DNA of 62,849 nucleotides, the filler included, from Calcarisporiella thermophila CBS 279.70 (lineage: Eukaryota; Fungi; Calcarisporiellomycota), in the NCBI RefSeq assembly GCF_041956535.1. It is 9 parts of 9 records of this genome, joined end to end, with 100 filler letters (N's around TTAATTAATTAA, not from the genome) between each part and the next. Parts side by side here need not be neighbours in the genome. Positions count along the whole stretch, not along the records: positions 35,166 to 42,191 come from NW_027192196.1; positions 42,292 to 45,774 come from NW_027192247.1; positions 45,875 to 49,276 come from NW_027192262.1; positions 49,377 to 52,162 come from NW_027192272.1; 5 more parts are not named here. One strand, written 5' to 3'. The translations under genes were made by a program, and so were the position numbers. Numbering within the stretch: position 1 is the stretch's first letter; each line of letters begins with the position of its first letter. Below, in pieces: positions 38,491-51,145 of this stretch. Under the pieces are notes generated by a model. That model had not been told where the DNA came from and made no database searches. It worked only from the letters and a program-made list of their open reading frames with translations.

Positions 38491-41400
38491 ATGACGATTA
38501 GCGAAGCTGCTTCACAAGAGCAAATCAAGCGGGGACAAATGGTATCAAGTGCTTTGGGTAATATAAAGCCTCACGACGTAGAGGATATGTACCCTGCAAC
38601 TACTATACAAGCAAATTATATCTCGGATCTAGTTCGAGATCCCCAATCCAATATGGTGCAGATGGTTTTCGATATCGAAGGAGCTTTTGATATGGAGCTT
38701 GTACAGTCGGCTTGGTACAAGGTGGTAGAAGCAAACGCAATATTGCGCACAGAATTTATATACTCCAAGAAAGGTGTATTCCTGATTGTTCTCAAGAATC
38801 CCCCGATTGTCTACGAAGATTCATTAGTGTGGAATGAGGAAGAGGTCAGCAAGCTTCAAGAAGATTTCTTAACTATTGATAGACGTCGAGGTTTCAGCCT
38901 TGATGATGTTACGTTTTCCAGGGTGACTGTAGTCCGTATCAGAGACAAGGATCGATATCGGTTTTACTTGACCATACATCGCTCAGTAGTAGCAGGCTGG
39001 TCTGGCCCAGATTTATTAGCTGACTTGCTGAAATTCTATTCGGGAGAGAGGACAGGAAAACCACAATTTAAGGCACACGTTGACACTATCATATCAAAGA
39101 ATATTGGCGAAATCAAAGAATATTGGAAATCTGTGTTAAAAGGAGCGTTTATTCCGGAAAAACTGAATATACTAGAAGAGATTTCTTCTCTAGAGAGAGA
39201 GGAAAGTACCACTCAAAAATACAATTTGGAAATTACGGTAGATCAACTTCAGCAGTACTGCATTAACGCCGGTGTCACAATACCAAATTTCCTTAAAACT
39301 ATTTGGGCAGTTGTTCTCCGTCATTTTGCACGAAACGACGACGTAATTTTTGGTTACGTCATCAATGAACAAAATGAAATATTAGATGATATAGAGAGGT
39401 AAGGGTTGAATTAATTTCTATTATTATTTGTAATTTTATAGTCATTAGTTATGTGAAGAGACTAATATTATAAACTTGGTTATAGAATGATTGGTGTAAA
39501 TAAAATAACCATACCAATCCGTGTTGCGTTAAGTGATTCGATGACAATAAATGAGCTATTTCAAGCTATAAAGGATTTTCATGCCGACTCCATTTCCTAC
39601 AGCTATGTACCTCTTTCCGATATCAGGCGCTGGGCAAACATATCAGGGAGAGAGGATGTGTTCCAAACTATATTTTCATATGAAAATATTAAACAATATA
39701 ATTCCGTAGACGATGCGATTAATGAAGATAGAATACATGGAACGGCACTATATGAAGTTAAGGCTTCTCCTCTCATCATTAAGATCGAATCAACAGGCAC
39801 ATCTATCGGTGCAGNNNNNNNNNNNNNNNNNNNNNNNNNNNNNNNNNNNNNNNNNNNNNNNNNNNNNNNNNNNNNNNNNNNNNNNNNNNNNNNNNNNNNN
39901 NNNNNNNNNNNNNNNNNNNNNNNNNNNNNNNNNNNNNNNNNNNNNNNNNNNNNNNNNNNNNNNNNNNNNNNNNNNNNNNNNNNNNNNNNNNNNNNNNNNN
40001 NNNNNNNNNNNNNNNNNNNNNNNNNNNNNNNNNNNNNNNNNNNNNNNNNNNNNNNNNNNNNNNNNNNNNNNNNNNNNNNNNNNNNNNNNNNNNNNNNNNN
40101 NNNNNNNNNNNNNNNNNNNNNNNNNNNNNNNNNNNNNNNNNNNNNNCCCAATGACCACCAATGGAAAGGCCGACAAAGCCAAGTTGAAAGAAATTCCGAT
40201 TCAGCAAGCAAGGGGCCGGCAGCTTCCGGCTACGGAGAAGCAGAAGCTTGTCACGAGTCTCATGGCATCGGTTCTAAACATCGATACTGATCTGATCGAT
40301 CTCCACACTTCATTCTTCACGCTGGGAGGTGACTCGATTTCAGCCATTGCACTTGTATCAGCGTTCCGTAGACATGGATACCAGCTAACGGTGGCTCAGA
40401 TATTCAAATCGCCTACTCCGGCTAGACTGGCGACTATTATGCAAGAGCGACATGATAAGCCTTCGCAGAGGTCAGAAGCAGTTGTTGGGGACATCCCATT
40501 GACACCAATCCAGCACTGGTTCTTTGAGTCAAAGAGAAGATATCTTAATTTCTTCAATCAAGGCTGGGTGTTGAATCCACGCGAACACATTGATTTTGAA
40601 CAGTTCAAGCAGGCAATTGCACAGATTGTGGCGCATCATGACATGCTCAGAGCACGTTACACCAGAGATAGTGATGGCATGTGGAGACAGACAGTGCTTG
40701 GAGCAGAATTGTATAATATGAATGTTCAACACATTGTGTGCAGGGATGAAGATGAATTTTTGAAGCTTGCCAAGCACAAGTCTGCCTCATTAGATATTGA
40801 ATGCGGCCCATTGCATAGTGCTACGCTATTCGAAGTAAGCATTTCTAACGATATTTATTGTGTTTAAAGATTTTCTCAATTAGATAAATTGCTTCTTTTG
40901 TAATTCAGATTAAGGGCGAACAAAGAATTCATTTCACTATTCATCATCTTGTGATTGATTTAGTCTCATGGAGAATTATTTTAGAAGACCTCGAGATTCT
41001 CCTAAAAGGTGGTAGGCTTGAAGAGAAGACAACGTCATTCCAGGAGTGGGCAATTGCACAGGAACAACATGCTCAGTATTTCGATCCTTCTGTGTGGGAC
41101 CAACACATTAATATAGCTGATATGTCAATTCTAGCCAATCCTGATCCTACAGGGTAAGTTTTTCTGAATTAAATATATGTGGAATTTTCCTAAATTATAT
41201 TTTAATAATTATAGAGTATTGAGCACAAATAACTGCACTTTGATAAATCGAATTAGCGTTAGTGCGTCTAGTTTACTTGATAAAGCAAACGAAACGTACA
41301 GAACGAATACTCAAGATTTGGCGTTAACTGCACTACTATTAAGCTTCCAAGAGGTTATTGGAAAGGAAGAACTGTCGCTTTTCCTTGAAGGGCATGGTCG

Positions 41401-42191
41401 TGAGCCGTGGAATAATCAATTAGATATTTCGAGAACTGTTGGTTGGTTCACTACAGTTTTCCCAGTTACATTATCCACCTTATGCGCAGATTCGATTGAT
41501 ACCATAATCAAAAGACTAAAGAATACATTAAGATCTATTCCAGACAAGGGATTATCTTACGGAGCAATCAAGCATCTATCACCTTCAACGGACGCAACGA
41601 ATGCGGTAAAGAAGCATAATATGATCCCAATATATTTCAATTATTTTGGGCGATTTCACAACTTTGAAAATGTCTCTGCATTCTTCATTCCTGATGAAAG
41701 ATTTATAGGCGACGAGAGCGCTGAGAATGAAGTATTCCACGATATTGCTATTAATTGTTATTTCGATACCAAAGGACGTCTTCAGTTGACTATTGATTTC
41801 AATACTTCTCTATTTAACGCCTCTATTATATCGTCTTTGGGAGAAAAATGGGCAGAAAAAATGGAGAAGTTGATCGAACATTGTTGCGATGTCAATACGA
41901 TAGGTGGATTCACTGGCACAGACTTTAGCCTTCTCAATAATCCAACTCTTGTTTCTGAATTTGAAACAGAGCATCTTCCAAAATTAAAAGTTCAGCCAAG
42001 AAATGTAGAAGATATTTACCCTGCGACATCTTTACAAGCAAGTTTTATTTCAGCTTTAATTCGAGATCCACAATCATACGTGTTGCAATCGTTATATGAG
42101 CTAGAGGGTTCGCTGGATGTGCATCAATTGAAGTTTGCTTGGTACAAAGTTGCGACTGCAAATAGCATCCTTCGAACATGCTTTGTTTCCG
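38491..42191 (+). CDS. NRPS fragment A: C*-[A mostly in gap]-T-E-C (partial)
   Basis: First C domain has HRSVVAG in place of HHxxxDG. After the gap: PMTTNGKAD (A10), FFTLGGDSI (T), then LTPIQHWF...HHLVIDLVSW...EGHGRE...RTVGWFT...NYFG (E), then a new C start (EDIYPATSLQ). At least 3 introns. Confidence 0.93.
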
Positions 42192-42291
42192 NNNNNNNNN
42201 NNNNNNNNNNNNNNNNNNNNNNNNNNNNNNNNNNNTTAATTAATTAANNNNNNNNNNNNNNNNNNNNNNNNNNNNNNNNNNNNNNNNNNNN

Positions 42292-45200
42292 CGAAAGCTC
42301 ACTCATGGTTTGAAGGCGAGCTAACTTGAACATGTTGACATTGAATTGGTCAAGCCTGTAAAAGGGTTTTGCCTCGATAAACGGAGTCAACTTCGCCGGA
42401 ACAGCCTCGATAAACGCAGATGCGTTCCGATAATGGACCCGGTATTCAATGCGTGCCCCATAGTTTTTGGTTAATGCCATTTCCCATGCCATTTTCATCA
42501 GCTTCACTGACTTCTCCATTTTGCTGCTATAGTTGAGGACGTCTTGAATCGAAAATTTCTTCGGTCCTCTCCCCTTATCGTGGGAATACAACGACTGCTT
42601 CTCGCTCATGTATGCTTGCATGTATATGACGCCACATTGCTCCTGGATCCATTTTCGCGCCTCTGCTCTCAATCCCGCAATTTCCGAGGTGAAGCACCAT
42701 CGGTCCATTGTGCCCATTTTCATCCCCGAAAGTTTGAAAATCTCCTTGACCGCTTCTGCCTTCCAGAGCAACGTGGTGGCGGCACCCGAATTCGATTTGG
42801 GGAATATCTCTACCCCGATATCGAGGAAAAGCTTACTCTTGTCGATGGAGTCCCAGTCTATATCAGTGAGCTCTTTCCGTAACAACTCGAGAGGATTATC
42901 CATGGATGACCGCAGAATCACCTTGAGATCCTTGGCGTAAATATGGAAGAAATGATCTCGAAATACGCTAAGCTCTGCATCGGCTTCGCAACGCTTGCGC
43001 AAAGCAGAGAAAATCTGGGGCAAATACGCTCCAGGAATCCATTTGCCGCTGAAACGGAAGCCTCCTGTACCACAACTTAATCCCTGCGCAATATCGTAAG
43101 AAGGAGGGAATTGTGTGATGTCGTTGTCGGGCAATACTTCCTTTAACGCCGGCAGCATCACCTTATCATAAAAGCGTTTCAAATACTTCGCTTTTACGTA
43201 GTTGACCCACCTTCCCTTTTTACTCCGCAGTAAAGGAAGGAAAATCAACACTTTCACGCATCCGCCATCGCCACATGTCCCAAGCTCGAAGTTTGGAACA
43301 CTGCTTAGTTTCACTTCTTCTTGCTTGCCCTTGACATTTTTGATCTGAACAGTGATGTGGTTGTTAAACCGCAAGGTTGCATTCCGGTCTGGGAAAGGAA
43401 AATATTTAAGATTCCCACACACCGGCAAAGTTTGGCCCGTCCACAATATACTATCGATATCGATCGTATGTGTTAAGTCGGCCCGAGAGTAACCCATGCA
43501 TGACGCCTTGAAGGATATGGGCAAAATGGCCTTCTGATGCAATCCGGAGATGACAAGCTGCTTTCTTTTTTCTATAGTCACTTCCCTCGCCACATTTATC
43601 CATTGCTCAAGGCTAACTGCAGGGTGAACAGTTTTGAGGGCTTGATTTGTCTCTGGATAAGTGTTCGAAGATGATGGTGTTTCTGAAACGATTGGTGGCG
43701 GCGGCACAAGAACTAAATCGGCAATTGATTTGAAGTTGAATTTGCTTTTATATATTGGCCTAGAGAACAATAGAGATTAGCATCATGAGTTATTTTTCGA
43801 AGTTCATTCTAAGAAGCAATGTGTTTACCTCTTTTCTATCGAAGAGCATTGTGACTCAGCATCGGATACATCAGAATTGATGGAAATAATGGTTTGACTC
43901 TCTGAGCTATTTGCGAAAAATAAAACAGATTATTTCAATCGGAGATTATTTAGTAATATCATACACAACGAGTCTTTTTTTTTTGGTTTTTACATTACCT
44001 TTCATCCGATATAACCACCAATTCAACCCCATCAGGGACTTCCCCGCGCTCAGACCCGCAGCGGCCCGCACTAAAACTTTGGTCATAGTAACCCAAACTT
44101 GTTAAAAAAACCAAGGATCGATTTAGTAGATAGTTTCGAAGCAGAATTTTCGTTTACGTGTCTACGAAATAAAGACATTTTCGAGATCGTATGACCATCA
44201 CTCACCTGGCCTTTTCTTTCAATGCTCTAGAGATTCCCAAAGGATGCTGCCAATGAAAATAAAAATAAGTTAGACATATGATACTTTTTTTTTTGTAATC
44301 AATATCTTGCCAATTTAGCCAATGGAGCACCTAAAGCGCCATTACAAAAAACTGGTTTGTAGTTTACCTTTTCACGTTCTTCAAAACACCGAGGGGGACA
44401 ACTCTCAGCATTCAATCTATAGGCCGCAAAATCTTAGGCTCCTCTCCCTCATATCCATAGAATGCAGCTAATTACTTACTTATTTTGTTCATGGATAGGA
44501 AGTTCTTTCGACATTTCCCTTACTCTTAGCTCCGGTCCGTCGTCAAAAAGGCGAACGAACTCGGAGGTGGTAACTATGTCCCGTATCCATGCTCTGCACT
44601 GCTCCATATCGTTGTTACTTAGACAGTTGGAGATTTCAAGACCTCTTGTCACGGCATACATGAATAGCAGAACGTATACTCCGCAATCCCCACTGGTAGT
44701 TTGGCGTGGCCCATCGACCGGAATTATGTCACTTTTCCACCACCTAGCCTTCAACTGCCCATTTGTAAGTAGTTCAACGTACTCTTTCAGTTCACCCAGA
44801 TCCATTTGTCTTGGCGCGTTTCCAAGAGAGCAGTAAAAATACACTGCCAAATCCTGGGTGTCGAATAGATACGCATTCCAGTGAATATTCTCCACGTTAT
44901 TAACAAATAGGAGTTTGCTCGGCAGGTTTAGTCTCTCCGGCCATGTTCGAGGAAAGAGGGTTTTCGGATCGCGCATTTTGTGCATTTGCAGGATTGGTCT
45001 GCAATAACAATCTCCATAATAGAACGATGCACTCGTGCTCTTCTCTGCATAGTTCTGAAGTCGCGTAATAAACGCATTCATCACCTCGTCATCGAGCCAG
45101 CACCCTTCGCGAAATGTCTCAAGAGATAGTTTGGAAGGAGCAACGAATTGCACGGGTCCACTAAATAATATAGAAATAACAAAACAGGGCAAATAGTTAG

Positions 45201-45774
45201 GCAACTTTTTGAACCCCACTATTAACTGGGTTAATTGCAATAGGTGTGTACGGTTGAATGTTATCCCACACGAGCAGAAAATTGGGTGAGGAAACGGTAA
45301 AATTCCTCCCTCAAGATTTTTCCAGAGGACCACGCAGTATTCAACACAATCAACACATGGCTTACAGTAGCTCGGTACCCGCTACAATAAGTCCGCATTA
45401 TTGTGGGCTCACCTTTTATTCCCAGCGTCGGATATTGGGTTTTTTTGGATTAGTTCTCTGTCATGTTCAGACTTTGTGTTGATTGGATCAGGTTTCTTCG
45501 TATCTACAATGATTTGACAATCACTGGGAGTACTGCTTACAAGGAAAAAAAAAATTAGCAAAGTATTGCCGCAAAAAAAAAAAAAAATAAAACTTTTACT
45601 TCACCTTTGAATATGTGGGTTGTCCACGACAATTTCATTCATATTTTCATTTTCAGTCTCCATCTCAACCCATGGTTCGGTAGTGGATTCAAGTTTTTCA
45701 ACGCCAATATATTTTGAAGTACAATGGGGATGTAGATTGAGAATATGATAAAAGGGGAATTCGATTAGCAGTTC
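42292..45774 (-). CDS. Large multi-exon protein: Ulp1/SENP-like (C48) protease fused to an uncharacterised domain; putative transposon protein, both ends missing
   Basis: Ulp1 motifs WLDDEVMNAFI, IHWN, YCSLG, PRQTTSGDCGVYV. Five GT-AG introns join the protease exon in frame, through four small exons, to the ~490-codon exon ending at the contig edge. Confidence 0.75.
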
Positions 45775-46369
45775 NNNNNNNNNNNNNNNNNNNNNNNNNN
45801 NNNNNNNNNNNNNNNNNNTTAATTAATTAANNNNNNNNNNNNNNNNNNNNNNNNNNNNNNNNNNNNNNNNNNNNCCTAAACCTAACCCATACTAGGCCTT
45901 CTTTGGCTTTTCGAGCGCGTTGGATATTGACGGTCCATGATACTATTGCCGGAAGGATATATAGAATTTTTGTCTACCCCCTGGTACGCTCGCCAGGTGT
46001 AACAGGGTTCGAATGGTAGACGAAGATCTTTATAAAAATAGAAGATCGGTCAGGAACAACAAAATAGACTGAATGAGTATATATATGAAAAATAGGAAAT
46101 CAACTAATATGACATAATCTGGCTTTTCCAAAGGCTGACTAAAGATGCAGCTTCCATAAAACAATAAAACAAATATTAAAAAGGTAATAATAAACTCAAA
46201 ATGAGAATGATGAATGAAATTAACCGTCACATAATAATGGAAAGTACTGCAAGTAGGTTCGTCCTGTTACAATTTTGTTTAATATGGAGAATTGAACGAA
46301 TATTGTAATTTTAGACATTGATTTACTGTAAAAAAGGAGTGCTGCAATTCAAGTAGTATTTATTTATTG

Positions 46370-46740
46370 AAAGTGGAATAAATCACATAGACTTCCGAAG
46401 TGATGAGCTTCCGACGTGATATGAAACTTGACTAATTTTATTCTGATCTGATCCAAATCATCCCTTTTATTACAAAGTGGAATAAATCACATAGACTTCC
46501 GACGTGATGGGCCTCCGACGTGATGAGCTTCCGACGTGATATGAAACTTGACTTCTTTTCAATCGATCTGATCCAAATCATCTCTTTTATTACAAAGTGG
46601 AATAAATCACATAGACTTCCGACGTGATATAAAACTTGACTTCTTTCCATTCGATCTGATCCAAATCATCTCTTTTATTACAAAGTGGAATAAATTACAT
46701 AGACTTCCGACAAGATGAGCCTCCGACGTGATGGGATTCC
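46370..46740. repeat. Nested tandem repeat: 72-bp backbone plus 1-3 copies of a 16-mer (CTTCCGACGTGATGAG)
   Basis: AAAGTGGAATAAAT starts at 46370, 46474, 46594, 46682; periods 104, 120, 88. Confidence 0.95.
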
Positions 46741-48096
46741 TGATCCAAGCCTCCTTGAGCTCATATAAGTCGTCCAAATCTCACCTTCTCGACCATCTGA
46801 AATGATGTTCTTTCTCAAAGTAAACGAACTTATGGACTCGTACAAACTAGATCTAATATAAACGCCTTAATTAAAATATAACACAAAAACCTAACCAACA
46901 CAAGAAATCTCATATACGTTCTAATTTCAACCCAAACATCCAATTTTCAATCTACAGAATTGCATGTGCTTTTACGGTCTACAACTATCGCATATACAGT
47001 AGTCTTTCAAAATCTCTTCTGTCATCTGCTTCATTCTAAATACGAATTATACCGAAGTTTGAAAAACCCAATATTTAATACACTATTTGCCCTCAATTCA
47101 CTATTACATCATTTTTGTTAAAGGTTTATTACTTTTAATTTATAATGTTGGCTATCAAATATTAAGGTTGTTCACATTAAAAATATTCGATAATTAAAAA
47201 CAATGAATTTATCATTAGTGTTGCGAGTTTACATAAAAGATTAATAAAGAAGGGACAAAAAAAAATAATATTGAAATATGCTGAGAAAGAAAGATAAATA
47301 ATAATAGAAACAGTCCTGGTATGATTTTTCTTTCTAAAATTTTATACAATATATACAATAAAAACTGGAGTGGCTTTTACACATCAAGTATAATATACAC
47401 TATATGGAATGCTACTGGCACCTGGGACATTTTTATCCTCGGATGCTAAATTCAGATTTTTTTGTTGATCTCACCTTACATTTTGTGCTGGTTGTTTTTA
47501 CTTTTATGCCCTCTCCAGTGTTCACTTAATAATAAGTATAAAGTTTTGTGAAAAATAAAAGAACTAGACCGTTGACTTGAAGACAGTACAACTATAAATA
47601 TATTCCGGCCAGAAAAACATAAATTACTTTAAACTAGAACCAGCGGTATTCTTTTAATGTAATCAGATGCTGAGAACAGTACTTTTGGCTTTCATACGAA
47701 AACAAGTATATTAGATACAGCAGATTAAGCTAACTGACATCCAAAAAAAAAACAATCAAGCTCTTTACTAATTCATCGTATACAGTATTTACAGGAACAT
47801 CAAGCATATATTGCAACGTACTTTACTGCAATCCGTTAAATGAGTAAACAAGATAACAAGAACGTAGCATAATTTTATCCTACATTGCTAATAAGCAAAC
47901 TTCATATTTGCTTGCAAATAATATCTACTCCAAGAAGCAAATAGAAAAGACTTTAATTGAGCGCTATATCTTGGAAACTTTCATTTACCAATTTTAATTC
48001 CTAATAAAAGCAGCAAATAATATGAGCCACTTCTAGTGAAATGCTGCTGTAATTTCTCATAATAAAATTGAAAAATACTTTATCATTCAGTTAAAG

Positions 48097-49225
48097 CTAA
48101 CCCATTATTTCCTGGCCTTCCTTCACTAAATTTTCATTCAATACAAAATCAACGCAAGTGACGCGTATTCGTTCCGGGTCAGAATCCGATATTTGTTTAA
48201 AATGTGCATGCGTACACCAGACTTTTCCGCGGGGGTAAGATTTAGGAAGACATTCCATTCTCATGATATGCTCCAAAAGAAAATCATCGAGTTGCATTAT
48301 TTGCTCCTTCGTCATAGATCGACACAGCTCTCGATATTGGTTCAGGTAAGGTAAACTTTTCCAGCCCTGCATGCCCTTACCATTTAATTCCGCAGCTAGA
48401 TTGAAATACATACGGAAGCGCTGTCTCCATGACATCCCATTAACAACACCGAATTTCTTGTTACCAATTTTCACCCGAACAGAGAATAGGAACCTAGGGT
48501 TGCGCACGTATTGCTTAATCTCTTTGATATCAAAATTAATGCTTTCAAGATTCTGAGACGCTGGATCGGCAAGATGCCGAGTCGGGTTTGGAAATGTTCT
48601 CCAGAGGTCACGCTTGAAGTCCTGGAAGAGCGCCCGCGCTACTTTATGGATGCTGTCTGCTTCGTTCCCGTATTTGCCTTCAAGTACTGCTTTATCCACT
48701 CCATGCCCTATCAAAGTAAAGAATACGATGAAAATGTAAGACAAAATTATAAAAGGTAGGAAGGAATACAGCAAAAGGATAAAAAAAAGGCACTTATAAT
48801 TGGTCGATAAAATAACTATATACAGAAAAAAAAAAATACACACAGAGCTTATGGAGATGGTTCATAAGTCTGAGAAATAAATAGGCTATATACAGTATAG
48901 TAGGACGGTTTGGAAATTACTTTTGCGCTGCTGGACATGGTCTTCGAGGTTCTCTGAAATATTGAAGCTCTGCTTGGCACCCCCTTTTTTCTTCCGATTT
49001 TTTCGCGGTTTCAGCTTACGGTGCAAAGCTTGCAATTTTCGAGCCAAAGTCATATTGCAATGCCCACTGAGTCGAAACCCACTAGAATCAATGCACGCCA
49101 GATTATATAGTTTCATAGATTCCCAAGCTTTACTAAATGGCATAGGACGTAGATATTGGCTGTAGTCCAAAGGGCGTGAGATGATTCCTTTGATAAGCCA
49201 AACAAACAGCTCTATATATCGGATA
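48097..49225 (-). CDS. C-terminal exons of an uncharacterised protein, probably the same family as the 42292-45774 gene
   Basis: Exons ~49225-48921 (ELFVWLIKGIISRP...) and 48707-48097 (ALFQDFKRDLW...WRQRFRMYF...QGW..LPYL...CLPKSYPRGKVWCT) joined in frame by a phase-1 GT-AG intron. Confidence 0.65.
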
Positions 49226-49376
49226 CTATAATAAATGGCATAGTAGGTCAGTGCAAAAATTAAGTCGATGTATTGTNNNNNNNNNNNNNNNNNNNNNNNN
49301 NNNNNNNNNNNNNNNNNNNNTTAATTAATTAANNNNNNNNNNNNNNNNNNNNNNNNNNNNNNNNNNNNNNNNNNNN

Positions 49377-51145
49377 CAATATTCGTTCTCGATCCACCAC
49401 CTAAATACCGCTCATCTTTAAGCGGGTCTCCTCTTCCGGGATGGAATAGAATGATTTCCATGCCGACCAGCACTGTAATAATGACCTCACCCACTGACAG
49501 TGTCCAATCATATGTTGCTTCATTATGCAAATTCAACGATTGTATGGACTGGCGGCCTCGCTCTCTAGACACTAGAATATTAGCAATTATGTCGTCAGTA
49601 AGCCAGCGAGCCCGTACCGGGGGTTTAGTGGCAGGAAATCCGATCGCACTTGTTGAAGCACACCTAGCTACTTTCGGACCACACAATCGTTCAGCTGCCA
49701 CGTATCTCTATGGCTATGTGCAGGCATTGTCTGCCATTTGCAATATTGAGTGCGGCGCTACACTTGCTCACGCTGGTCATTGGCTTAAACCACTCTTCAG
49801 CGAAGCCCGTGCTCATACATCGTGGCAGTGCTATGCGTTGCAAAGTGTGCTGTTACCTATGGAAGATGGAGGAGGGCTGTTCGGGCGTCGTGTCACATTC
49901 ACTCCCAAAGGAGTAGAAGTGGCACGAGAAGTGTTCAATGCGTTGGCGGCGTGTATCAGCTTGAGTTTGGCAAATGAGTCCCCTACCATCATAGCTGCAC
50001 ATGCTGCCCTTAAACGAGCTGCAGCACATCTTCCCTCATTACTCATGACTCAATTCATCCGACCAGTGCTGGAGGCAGTGCCTGACGCCATGATAGTTCT
50101 ACGTTCGGCTAAAAGGGAATGCACGTGCCCCAACCTTCAACAAATTCAACAGGTTGCTAAAATTGTATTCGAAGTTGGTGGTGGACCGCTCACTAGAATA
50201 GGCCTGTGTGTGGTTCATAATAATGCTGTTTCAGTCGCCGAGTGGGTGGATATTGTTGGAAACGCGTTTTGAGCAGGGTTACTGGTGACTACGCGAGGTC
50301 TTTGCAGTGAGGTATTTGATTGCTTGGGATTCATGTGCGATCTGCCTTGGCTTATCGAGCACGGCGGGCATGTCTGGTTTAGACCTAGTCACAATCGCAC
50401 CAGTGTCATACACTGGGACGGAGGAGACGGTTTTCCCATATGTCGACGGGGTTACCACGCATTTCAGCACAGCAGTTGTCTGTTGAATAACCTGGGAGGT
50501 GATGATTGGCATCGATGTGGTGTGACAGTCGCAAGAGCCACTTACACAAAAAACGAAGATGGCGAGGATGTATGGAATATGGCATGGGTAAGGTCTATTC
50601 CGCCATGCAATGAAATCACTTCAACTGTGAAAAAACAAGAAATAGTCAAGGGAGAGGAACTGCAACATGTGGTAGCTGCCATAGGCATCCGTTCAAAAGA
50701 TTTTAAAAAGAACGGCACTTACCAGGTGGTGCTACCACCATCTCTCACTTTTGGATTAGCCACCAGAAGACATTCATGGTTATATGACAATCAGCAGATT
50801 CTCCTCCCAAATCGCAAGTCAGACCACCAGCAAGTGCGTAGGCTACTAGCAAGATCATTTATCCCTCATGGCGGTGGATGGACGGTTACTTATGGACATT
50901 CCGCCACTGGACCTTGCACCAGCATCGAAAGAATGCATTTTCGGGAATGGGACATAGGGTCAGCACTTTCACCAGACAGCACCGCAGTTAGCGTGCAGAT
51001 GGGACACGGTTGTGGCGCCAGTCAAGTAGTGGGGCTAGCTATTGCACTAGAAAGAAGCATGAGTGCTGCCATATTAACAACAGGTTGTCCATACTGCCAG
51101 TTGCAAAAGAGCACAACTAGTGGAGCATGCCTATGCATAGTATAA
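49377..51145 (+). pseudogene. Orphan intronless ORF (>585 codons, open to contig edge) with one in-frame TGA
   Basis: ORFs 49451-50272 and 50285-51145 are in the same frame, separated only by TGA 50270-50272. The frame stays open back to the contig start. GC-rich relative to the AT-rich flank. Confidence 0.6.

Noticed and set aside
39815-40146. NRPS A module apparently lacking an A domain
   Set aside because: The A10 motif follows the gap; the 332 Ns are a scaffold estimate, probably of a collapsed repeat.
46370-46740. CRISPR-like appearance of the repeat array
   Set aside because: No unique spacers, eukaryotic context, no cas genes.
7737-50272. Three in-frame TGAs (7737, 11887, 50270) suggesting TGA recoding to Trp or Sec
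   Set aside because: THI80 and the LSD1-like gene end in TGA, and Trp is TGG in intact genes. The Sec24 copy has other lesions. No selenoprotein context recognised.
51125-51145. Possible CaaX prenylation signal (ACLCIV)
   Set aside because: Cys is at -3 and -5, not -4.
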